Shown: piece by piece, positions 56,385 through 64,000 of the stretch | How positions within the stretch are numbered: position 1 is the stretch's first letter | How the letters are laid out: every line of letters begins with the position of its first letter | Source of the DNA: an uncultured Armatimonadetes bacterium | GTDB lineage: Bacteria; Armatimonadota; Hebobacteria; Hebobacterales; Hebobacteraceae | Assembly (NCBI GenBank): GCA_963716175.1 | Contig: OY970296.1 | Location: 864,001 to 928,000, forward strand | Length of the DNA: 64,000 bases | Reading direction: 5' to 3' | Translations under genes and position numbers: made by a program | Notes under the pieces: generated by a model | The model's input: the letters and a program-made list of their open reading frames with translations, nothing else | Told to the model about the DNA's origin: nothing | Databases searched by the model: none

Positions 56385-59206
56385 CGCGAAACCCACTCAT
56401 CTGCGAGAGATGAACGCAATGGCTACTCCGAGCCAGGGTCCTCAGGGACAGGGTCTAAGATGAACCGGGAGCGGCAAGCTGCTCGTCCAATCTCCGCAGA
56501 CTTCGCTCGATGGCGTGCTTCCGGTACCCAGGCCCCGCCAGAACCAAGGCCCGCTCCATATGGGCCCTGGCCTCCGGGAGCTTCCCGGTGACCCAGAGGG
56601 CCCACGCCAGGCCATGGTCTGCATCCATATCCGTAGGGTCGTCCTTGAGGACAGTACTGAAATAGGAAATCGCGGCTTCGGGCGACTCTCGGAAGAGGTC
56701 CAGGGCTGATTGCAGATGGGGGTAATGGAGCGCTAGGCGCAGTGCCTGATCGGTTCGGCCAGTTCTGCGGAAGGACTGAATGGCGCGTCCCACAGGTCCC
56801 GAAGGATGGTAACGACGCTGAAGGTACCATCGCGCGATGTCGTCGGCCGAGACAGAGGCCAGATCCTTGTCAAAGAGCGCCGTATACGCGGCCTCACACC
56901 GCACGATCCCTAACTCCTCCATACCTTCGATCTCCCTCTTCGCCGTCTCGTAGGACGGAGCCAGCCGAACCAGGGCGCTGTAATCGAAGCGCTTGGGCTC
57001 AAGCCCCATGGAACGCATCAGACGTAGCGTAGCATCTACTGCACCATAGTTGTCTGCTTTCATGGCCGCGAAGGTGTAGGAGCCAGCATCTGGCTCAGTG
57101 CCAGCGGCGCGCATTTCGCCAATGACAGCCAGTGCCGTCTTGTAGTCTGGGGCGCTACGTATCAGGCTGTTGTACATGGCAAGGGTGGGTTCCAGACCGG
57201 CGCCGCGGGCTTCATCCAGCAGCATCGCGCCTGTCGGATAATCTGGAGTCCGTTTCATGAGGAACTCATATTCGCCGGTGTCCAGTTTGAGGCCCCTGGC
57301 GCGCAACCAGCGCGCGGCTTTCACTGCTTCATCGGGGTCGCGGGCTGTCCAGAGGAGCTCTTTGCAAACGGCAACTGGGAGTCCCACGCCGCGGCTCAGG
57401 AGGTCTTCAGCGAGATGCTGGCCTGCCTCTAGGTTGGGCGCGTGACGTAGCACCGCCCGAGAGCAAGCTGAGCTGGGTGCAACGCCCTTGTCGCACATCG
57501 TCCGCAGCACAGCTGCGGCCGCCTCGTAGTCATCCGCCCTTTCAACCACAGCCTCATAGATAGCCCTATCGGGCTCGACCCCTTGCGCCTGCATATCCTG
57601 CAGCAAGGCTACGGCAGCCGTGTAGTCAGGAGCCTTGCCGGATAGCAGCCTGTACGTGTAGCGGTCCAAGCGTAGTCCGTGGGCCTTCATACTCGTTGCC
57701 AGAGATTGGGCAGAAGCATAGTCGGGCGCCCTCGCGATGAGCGTACGGTAGGTGTTCGCATCCGGCCTCACCCCCTCGCGGTGCATCTCCTCCAGCACCT
57801 TCAGCCCAGTGCCGAAGAGCGAGATGCGCCGGAGCACAAGGTTGCACGCGTCGACCTCTGCCTGTTCCCCGGACGGGCGCACTATCTCCAGGAGGTTGGC
57901 TAGTCTCTCGTACCGAACTGCGGTTCGACAAAGCAGATTGACAGTAACTCGGTCCGGGCTTACGCCTTGAGCGCGCATCTCGCCGAGCAATGCCCCTTCC
58001 GCTATCGTGTCTCCGGCCCTCGCAATCAGCACATTGTAGGTACCGACGTTGCGGCCAATCCCCGCCTTGCTCATCTCCGCGAGCAACTTCGTCCTCTCGT
58101 CCGAACCCGGAGCTTTCGCGATGAGGGCGTTGTAGGTAGTGACGTCAGATGGGATGCCTGCGTCGTTCATCGTGCGCTGGATGCGGCGCGCAGTGTCATA
58201 ATCGATCTGGCTTGCGAGCAGCCGAGACCATCGCTCTGTCAGGCTGGCAGCGTCAAGAACTGGACCTCTTGCCCCAGCCCTAAGACTATCAGATGCCCGT
58301 TCGGCGGCGCGCGAGGCCTCCTCTGTCTGGCCCAAAGCAGCCAATGTGTTTACGAAATGCTCTGGCGAATCGGAACCGACACTGGCTTCCGCCTTCAGAG
58401 GGCCGAGCACGTGGAGGGGAAACTCCTCCTCCCCTTTCGCCTCAGCCCTGCCACTCGCCGTGTGCGGCGTCTTCTTTGCACTGACGTGGAAATCGCGGAA
58501 CACGAACTCCCGAATGGGCTCCCCGATGAGTATCTCATCCGGGCAGCATGACTTCGACGCTCGCACTGCTCGACGAGCGCTGTCGCCCACATAGTCAGGC
58601 CTGTCGTCGGGCAAAGTGACCGGTATGTCTCTGCCCGAGCATATTGCAAGCCGGAGCGGGGGTATCTTAGACTCGGACAGTCTTGTCTCACGGGCCATCT
58701 CCTTCCGGAACTTTCCCTGCATGATTAAGGCGAGGCAGCAAAGGACCGGGATGTCGGTCTGCTCTTCCGTCATGACAAGCCAGCCATCTCCCGTGAATTT
58801 CAAGAGAGCCTGGCTCAGCCCTAGCCTCTCCAGATAAGGCCTGATCTGTTTGACTAGCGCTGCATTGAAACGGTCAAGCTGGAGTGTAGTCAGTTCTAGG
58901 CCAGACGCGGTCGACCCCACGAGGTCTATGGCCAGGCAATACACCCCGCGGGGCGCTTCAGGCTCTTGCGACAGCTCTTCGCCGTCAGAATGGGCCATCC
59001 CACCTTACCTATGCCGTCTGAGGGCCGTTGCACGCACGGAGAGGGTCACGGCGAAGCGAGCATCCTGAGCGGACGGTCTGTCCCGCCCCCAGGCAGCATC
59101 CTCAGCGTTATCTACCCAGTTTCCCCAGCTCGGTCCTGAGCCCTTCCACCAACACGAATCTGCCCAGCGGAAGCACCTCCACCCCGGCCGGGAAGCTGCG
59201 CTGGAA
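56385..59206 (-). mobile_element. Single-gene insertion (islet) that replaced the 3' end of its target gene
   Basis: Bounded by the direct repeat; visibly more A/T-rich codon usage than the flanks; no integrase or transposase inside. Confidence 0.65.
56455..58998 (-). CDS. Class III nucleotide cyclase fused to PPR-like repeats and a TPR-like C-terminus
   Basis: Cyclase motifs AIDLVGST, KFTGDG, LRLAICSG, DYVGDSARRAVR; 13 exact 32-aa units from 58143 to 56896 (e.g. VTTYNALI...EMSKAGIGRN, LAMYNSLI...EMRAAGTEPD); terminal TPR-like ADHGLAWALWVTGKLPEARAHMERAL. Confidence 0.85.
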   Translation of the reverse strand: MAHSDGEELSQEPEAPRGVYCLAIDLVGSTASGLELTTLQLDRFNAALVKQIRPYLERLGLSQALLKFTGDGWLVMTEEQTDIPVLCCLALIMQGKFRKEMARETRLSESKIPPLRLAICSGRDIPVTLPDDRPDYVGDSARRAVRASKSCCPDEILIGEPIREFVFRDFHVSAKKTPHTASGRAEAKGEEEFPLHVLGPLKAEASVGSDSPEHFVNTLAALGQTEEASRAAERASDSLRAGARGPVLDAASLTERWSRLLASQIDYDTARRIQRTMNDAGIPSDVTTYNALIAKAPGSDERTKLLAEMSKAGIGRNVGTYNVLIARAGDTIAEGALLGEMRAQGVSPDRVTVNLLCRTAVRYERLANLLEIVRPSGEQAEVDACNLVLRRISLFGTGLKVLEEMHREGVRPDANTYRTLIARAPDYASAQSLATSMKAHGLRLDRYTYRLLSGKAPDYTAAVALLQDMQAQGVEPDRAIYEAVVERADDYEAAAAVLRTMCDKGVAPSSACSRAVLRHAPNLEAGQHLAEDLLSRGVGLPVAVCKELLWTARDPDEAVKAARWLRARGLKLDTGEYEFLMKRTPDYPTGAMLLDEARGAGLEPTLAMYNSLIRSAPDYKTALAVIGEMRAAGTEPDAGSYTFAAMKADNYGAVDATLRLMRSMGLEPKRFDYSALVRLAPSYETAKREIEGMEELGIVRCEAAYTALFDKDLASVSADDIARWYLQRRYHPSGPVGRAIQSFRRTGRTDQALRLALHYPHLQSALDLFRESPEAAISYFSTVLKDDPTDMDADHGLAWALWVTGKLPEARAHMERALVLAGPGYRKHAIERSLRRLDEQLAAPGSS

Positions 59207-59764
59207 GAGCCGATTCTCGCACATGCCGCCGGAGAGGTACAAGCAGGAGCGCGAGCCCGCGAAGCGGTGAGCATTGAGCGCAATGCCCCGGGCGAAGCGC
59301 GCCACCGCCTCTGCCTCCGAAACTCCTTGCGCCACCAGCTCGAAGAGCTGCTCCATCCCCAGCACGCCGCAGGTGACCGGCACCGATTTCTCGGCGGGTT
59401 CGATGGCCCCATAGTCAAGGTCATAGTAGCTTCCGAGCAGCTCCAACGTGAACCCCGTGAGCGCGCCGCAAGTGCTGGTCCAATCCATCGCCACCAGCTC
59501 GCCGTGGCGCAGGTGGATGTACTTCACATCCCGGGAGCCCACGTCGAGCAGCAGGAACTCCGGCTCCGCGATCAGCCGTTGCCCGCCCTGGGCGAGCGCG
59601 ATCAGCTCGTTGATATGGCGCGGCGCGCGGCGGCGGGCATTGTGGCCGGTCGCCAGATCGGCGGTGATCTCGCGCGCCTCCCTGGTGCGCAGCACCCGCC
59701 GCTCCCCGGTCTCGGTGTCAAGCAGCTTAGTCCAGGTAGTGCCGAAGTCACCCAGCACAGCCAT
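59108..59764 (-). CDS. BadF/BadG/BcrA/BcrD-type ASKHA ATPase (acyl-CoA dehydratase activase-like)
   Basis: DFGTTWTK, DVGSRDVK, STCGALTG, VTCGVLG, LSGG motifs. Confidence 0.85.
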   Translation of the reverse strand: MAVLGDFGTTWTKLLDTETGERRVLRTREAREITADLATGHNARRRAPRHINELIALAQGGQRLIAEPEFLLLDVGSRDVKYIHLRHGELVAMDWTSTCGALTGFTLELLGSYYDLDYGAIEPAEKSVPVTCGVLGMEQLFELVAQGVSEAEAVARFARGIALNAHRFAGSRSCLYLSGGMCENRLFQRSFPAGVEVLPLGRFVLVEGLRTELGKLGR

Positions 59765-59765
59765 C

Positions 59766-60500
59766 TCAGTCCCAAACCTTGTGGAACCGCAGGAAGGCCT
59801 CGATCTTCGCCTTCACCGGCCCCGACAGCACGCCGTCTGCGTCCACGTAGAGGCCATCATACTTCCGCGCCAGATGCCGGGCGGTGATGTTCTTGGGGCA
59901 GAAGGTCTGAGCGAAGAAGACCGTGGGCCGGCCCGGCGGCACATAGGCCTCCAGCTCCCACGCCGCCGGAGTCCGGTTCTCCAGGCAGCGCGTCCATCCC
60001 AGGATCTGAGAGCCATCCGGGAACAGCTCGTAGATGGAGAAATGGGCCGCCGGCACCCCCCAGATCGCCGCCCGCGGCGCGGGCTCGGCCCGCAGGTCGA
60101 GGGGCTGCGGCCGCACCAGCGCATCCAGGATCAGCTCCATCTTGCGCATCACGGGGAGATCGCAATCGCAGACTGGCGTGCCCGCGCCCCGCCGATTCTC
60201 GTTGTGGGTCCGCACTACCGGGATGCTGAGCCGGTCGGCCAGCAGGTCGGCCAGACCCCGGGCCGAGTCGCACTTGCCGTAGCCCTCGTCAATCACGATC
60301 TCGTCCAGATCGAGGGAGAGCGCGTTATCGAGCACGCGCCTGATGATGCGACACGTAGTGCGAGGCAGCAGCGCCTCGCTGTGAGGAGCCACCCCCGCGA
60401 TGAGATTGTCCAGATCAACCAGCACCTGCTCCCGGCGGGGCGCCAGCGCTTCCTCGGGCGGACAGCCCACGAAGCCAATCCTGCGCCTGCTCTCACTCAT
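59766..60500 (-). CDS. Short 2-hydroxyacyl-CoA dehydratase-like Fe-S protein
   Basis: Spaced Cys motifs (RTTCRII, GYGKCDS, GWTRCLE, QTFCPKN), KAKIEAFL end; adjacent to the activase. Confidence 0.65.
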   Translation of the reverse strand: MSESRRRIGFVGCPPEEALAPRREQVLVDLDNLIAGVAPHSEALLPRTTCRIIRRVLDNALSLDLDEIVIDEGYGKCDSARGLADLLADRLSIPVVRTHNENRRGAGTPVCDCDLPVMRKMELILDALVRPQPLDLRAEPAPRAAIWGVPAAHFSIYELFPDGSQILGWTRCLENRTPAAWELEAYVPPGRPTVFFAQTFCPKNITARHLARKYDGLYVDADGVLSGPVKAKIEAFLRFHKVWD

Positions 60501-60816
60501 GCTGCCCGCCCGCGCCGCCGAGTTGGAGCCAGAGCACTGTCATCCTCTGCTCAGCCTGAAGGCCTCGCACCTCGCCGGGGGCGGCAGCCGCGAAATCCCC
60601 TGCCGACACCGCCAGCACCTCATCGCCGATCGTCAGGGAGCCCTCGCCCTCCACCACATAGCACAGCATCTCCTCCGAGTCGCGCCGCGCCGGCAGACCT
60701 TGACCTGGCTCCAGGCACAGCAGGAAGGCGCGCACGCGCTGCGACCCATACAGGAGCTGGGGGAGGAATCGGCGGGGCGAGAAATCCAGCTTGTCCAGGA
60801 GACGAGTTGGTCTCAT
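60493..60816 (-). CDS. Cupin domain protein
   Basis: LEPGQGLP, YVVEGEGSLTIG, AGD....PGEVRGL. Confidence 0.85.
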   Translation of the reverse strand: MRPTRLLDKLDFSPRRFLPQLLYGSQRVRAFLLCLEPGQGLPARRDSEEMLCYVVEGEGSLTIGDEVLAVSAGDFAAAAPGEVRGLQAEQRMTVLWLQLGGAGGQHE

Positions 60817-60979
60817 AGGCGCGGCCCGGCCGTCTGACTCAGGGCCCCATCCTCATCGGTTCGGCGCTCCCGCCCGGCTCCCCTGCGGCCCAAGCGCCGG
60901 CCGCGCTGACAGCAGGAGTCACTATGCGCCGCGCCGAAGCCCTCCCCCAAACTCCAGCAATGCTGGGGGGGACAAACGA

Positions 60980-61771
60980 GTGACCATCATTGACCCCAAA
61001 GAGCTGTGTGACCTCGACGCTGTTGCGGTGACGATCTGGTGGCTGGGGAACGCCGGTTTTGCCATTAACGCAGCCGGAAGGCTGATCCTCATAGACCCGG
61101 TGATCGAGCTGCACGACGACTCGGATCCGGTGACCTCTGAGATCGGTCTGCCCCTGCTGGAGCCGCTGCCCATCCGGGCCCGCAATGTCCTTCGCGCCGA
61201 CTTGGTGCTGATCACCCATGACCATGGCGACCACCTCGGGCAGCGCACCTTCCCGGACCTGATCGCCCGCACTCACGCCGTTTTCGTGGGCACCGAGCGC
61301 ACCGCCCTCAAGCTGCGCCAGTGCGGCCTCCACGAAGAGCGCATCCGCCTCGCCCGCTACGGCCAGCTCATCCGCATCGGAGACATCGCCGTCACGCCCA
61401 CCGTGGCGCGCCACGAGGAAGACGCCATCCACACCCAGCGCGGCGACTGCTGCGGGTTCATCGTGCGGGTCGCCGGGGTCACCTTCTGGCACCCCAATGA
61501 CACCGATCTCATGGAGGAACATCTGAAGGTCACAGGCATTGACGTGCTGTTGCTGCCCATTGCCCCTCACGTGCTGGGCACAGAGGGGGGAATCAGGCTG
61601 GCGAACTCCACCCGCGCCAGGCACATCATCCCCTGTCACTACGGCACCTACGACTCAGACCTCTACTGGTGCACTGGCGATCCGCTGGCGGTCGGCGCCG
61701 GCATCGAGGACGCCAAGCGCCGCTATCACGTCCTGGGCATCGGCGAGAAATTCGTCCTGCCGGCCCGTTAG
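60980..61771 (+). CDS. MBL-fold metallo-hydrolase (UlaG-like)
   Basis: WWLGNAGF, LIDP, THDHGDH, IIPCHYGTY. Confidence 0.88.
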   Translation: MTIIDPKELCDLDAVAVTIWWLGNAGFAINAAGRLILIDPVIELHDDSDPVTSEIGLPLLEPLPIRARNVLRADLVLITHDHGDHLGQRTFPDLIARTHAVFVGTERTALKLRQCGLHEERIRLARYGQLIRIGDIAVTPTVARHEEDAIHTQRGDCCGFIVRVAGVTFWHPNDTDLMEEHLKVTGIDVLLLPIAPHVLGTEGGIRLANSTRARHIIPCHYGTYDSDLYWCTGDPLAVGAGIEDAKRRYHVLGIGEKFVLPAR

Positions 61772-61795
61772 TGCAGGGAGACAGGAGGAACACCG

Positions 61796-63115
61796 ATGAC
61801 CCAAGCTCCGTCTGAGCAGTACCTCCGCGAGGAGCTGCGCGCGCTCTCGGAAGAGGGCTTCGATATCTCCCAGCCCACTCGCCAGTTGAGCGAGCTTGCC
61901 GGCCGCGCGGATCGCGAGGCAGATCAGAGGAGGCGGGAAATCGAGGTCAGCCTGCCTGGTTTGCCTCTCCGGCCCGACATCACCTACCACGAGCCATCGG
62001 ACCTGGAGGGCATTCGCGCTGCCCGCCCCGAGGGCCCGCCGAAGCTCTCCCACAAGATCAGCAAGGCCGCGCTGGCCGACAAGACTCGCGGCGCCTGGCT
62101 GGGGCGGGCCGCCGGCTGTCTGCTCGGGAAGCCGTGCGAAGGCTGGGATCGGCAGACCATCGAGCGCGCCCTTCGCTCCCTGGGGGAGTGGCCGCTCCGC
62201 GATTACTGGCCGGTGGCTGACCCGCCGCCAGGCGGCATCACCTACCCCTCACCCGCCGATCCCTCCCTCCGCCAGAACATCACCCGCATGACCCGGGATG
62301 ACGACATGGACTACCCCATCCTGGGTCTGCACCTCTTCGAGGCTTACGGGCCTGCCTTCAACACTGGGGACGTCGCGAGGGAGTGGCTCAATCGTCTGCC
62401 CTATGGCTGCGTCTACACCGCCGAGCACATCGCCTACCGCAACCTGGTGAACGGGATGGCGCCCCCGGAGACCGCGCGCTACCGCAACCCTTACCGGGAA
62501 TGGATCGGCGCTCAGATCAGGGCCGACATCTGGGGTTGGGCCGCGCCCGGCCAGCCAGAGCTGGCGGCCGACTTCGCCTGGCGCGACGCCGCGCTCTCCC
62601 ACACCAGGAACGGCATCTACGGCGAGATGTTCTTCGCCGCTCTGCTGGCCGCGGCCTTCGTCGAGCCGGACGTGCACCAGCTCATCGAGATCGGGCTCTC
62701 CGAGATCCCGCGGAACTGTCGCTTCCGAGAGGCCGTCCTAGACACTGTGGACTGGTGCGCGCACGACCCCGATTGGGAGGCCACCTGGGGCCGGATCAAC
62801 GACAAGTACGGCCACTACCACGGCGTCCACACCATCAACAATGCCGCGGTGGTGCTGATGGCCCTGCTTCACAGCCGCGGTGACTTCGGCCGCGCCATCG
62901 CCATCGCGGTCATGGGCGGGTGGGACACCGACTGCAATGGCGCCACCGCCGGCTCGGTGATGGGCACCATCCTCGGCGCCAAGGCCTTGCCAGCCCAGTG
63001 GATCACTCCGCTGCACGACCGCATCTCCAGCATCGTGATCGGCTTCACCGAGATGCGGATCTCGGAGCTGGCCCGCCGCACCACCGCGGTGCAGCACCGC
63101 GCTCTGGCCGCGTAG
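61796..63115 (+). CDS. ADP-ribosylglycohydrolase family protein
   Basis: GAWLGRAAGCLLGKP, RDDDMDY, NPYREWIGAQIRAD, GWDTDCNGATAGS. Confidence 0.9.
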   Translation: MTQAPSEQYLREELRALSEEGFDISQPTRQLSELAGRADREADQRRREIEVSLPGLPLRPDITYHEPSDLEGIRAARPEGPPKLSHKISKAALADKTRGAWLGRAAGCLLGKPCEGWDRQTIERALRSLGEWPLRDYWPVADPPPGGITYPSPADPSLRQNITRMTRDDDMDYPILGLHLFEAYGPAFNTGDVAREWLNRLPYGCVYTAEHIAYRNLVNGMAPPETARYRNPYREWIGAQIRADIWGWAAPGQPELAADFAWRDAALSHTRNGIYGEMFFAALLAAAFVEPDVHQLIEIGLSEIPRNCRFREAVLDTVDWCAHDPDWEATWGRINDKYGHYHGVHTINNAAVVLMALLHSRGDFGRAIAIAVMGGWDTDCNGATAGSVMGTILGAKALPAQWITPLHDRISSIVIGFTEMRISELARRTTAVQHRALAA

Positions 63116-63162
63116 GGCTGGTGCAGGGCGGATATGCGCAGCATGCCCGCCGAGCCGCCACC

Positions 63163-64000
63163 TCAGCGCATCTCGTCCGGCCTCACATACCTGCCCGTCT
63201 TCGCTGACTTGTAGGCCGCCAGCGCGATCGCCAGGTTCTTGCGCGATTCCCGCGCCGGGCTGGGCTTGACGGCGCCGGTCTTCACCAGCTTCACCAGCAC
63301 GTTCATCATCCCGCCTCGCCGCGCCGGCGTTTTCAGCGGCTGCATCCCTTTCGCGGTGGCCACCACCGCCGGCTCCTTGAAGGCCGCGGGATCCATGTGC
63401 ACCGCACCCTTGGTGCCTATGATCTTGGTCCAGTGAGGCCAGTACCCGTCTCCGGTCCAGGTGTCCTCGATCACCGCCACCAGGCCGTTGCTGAAGCGCA
63501 GCGTCGCCATGCCCCAGTCCTCCACCGTCATCCTGGGATAGCGCCGGTTGGCCATCTCGCCGTGCACTGACTCGACCTCGGCCTCAAACAGCGCCCGCAG
63601 CATGTCAATGGTGTAGATGGCGTGGTCGGCCCAGGCCCCGAAGGGGACCAGCTTGGCATCAACCCACCAGCCGGGATCCTTGCTGTTGGGCCAGGCCTGC
63701 GGCAGCCCGCCCTCCATCACGTGGTAGAGCGCCAACGGTACTCCCAGGCGGCCCCGCTTCAGCAGCGCCTTCAGCTGCGGGTTCACCCCGGCGCGCCCCA
63801 GCTGATCGAACGACCAGAGCACGCGCCGTTTCTTCTCGGCCAGCGCGATCAAGGCGTCGGCCTGGCGCAGGTTCATGGCCATGGGCTTCACGCAGGCGAC
63901 GTGCTTGCCGGCCTGCAGCGCCCGCCGCGTCACCGCTACACTGTCCCGGGTGTTGACCAGAGAGCAGATCAGGTCAACCTCGGGATCCGCGATCACCTTG
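63163..64000 (-). CDS. Gfo/Idh/MocA family oxidoreductase (5' end outside the window)
   Basis: DPEVDLI, ALQAGKHVACVKPMA, GAWADHAIYTID, VEDWGMATLRFSNG. Confidence 0.9.
   Translation of the reverse strand, partial: KVIADPEVDLICSLVNTRDSVAVTRRALQAGKHVACVKPMAMNLRQADALIALAEKKRRVLWSFDQLGRAGVNPQLKALLKRGRLGVPLALYHVMEGGLPQAWPNSKDPGWWVDAKLVPFGAWADHAIYTIDMLRALFEAEVESVHGEMANRRYPRMTVEDWGMATLRFSNGLVAVIEDTWTGDGYWPHWTKIIGTKGAVHMDPAAFKEPAVVATAKGMQPLKTPARRGGMMNVLVKLVKTGAVKPSPARESRKNLAIALAAYKSAKTGRYVRPDEMR

Noticed and set aside
22980-58998. TPR-MBL protein and cyclase-PPR protein as one system
   Set aside because: They are more than 30 kb apart with housekeeping genes between, and no sequence evidence links them.

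Overview
High-GC bacterial chromosomal window from a diderm Terrabacteria-type organism. The SLH-domain protein together with the tamB-sigmaE-bamA-skp-lpxD cluster suggests Armatimonadota, but this is inference. Most of the window is housekeeping and carbohydrate metabolism (tkt, threonine aldolase, lipA, two UroD-family proteins, SIS, GH38-like, MFS), a CusCBA-type Cu/Ag efflux operon and the outer-membrane biogenesis cluster. Three accessory features stand out. (1) A single-gene insertion (about 56385-59206) encodes a class III nucleotide cyclase fused to 13 or more tandem 32-aa PPR-like repeats and a TPR-like tail. It is flanked by a duplicated, diverged 3' end of the neighbouring ATPase gene and is the best candidate for an undescribed RNA-sensing signalling or defence protein. 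(2) A TPR + metallo-beta-lactamase-fold protein has near-identical 120-bp repeats that vary at a few codons. (3) A decayed Rhs polymorphic-toxin cassette array contains related toxin tips, membrane immunity-like genes and a repeated spacer. Also seen: a Cys-less YHS insertion in CusA, a GH38 lacking catalytic motifs, nested GTAG-type REP elements that supply stop codons, and several 1-bp frameshifts that may be assembly errors. I found no rRNA, tRNA, CRISPR array, integrase or reverse transcriptase.
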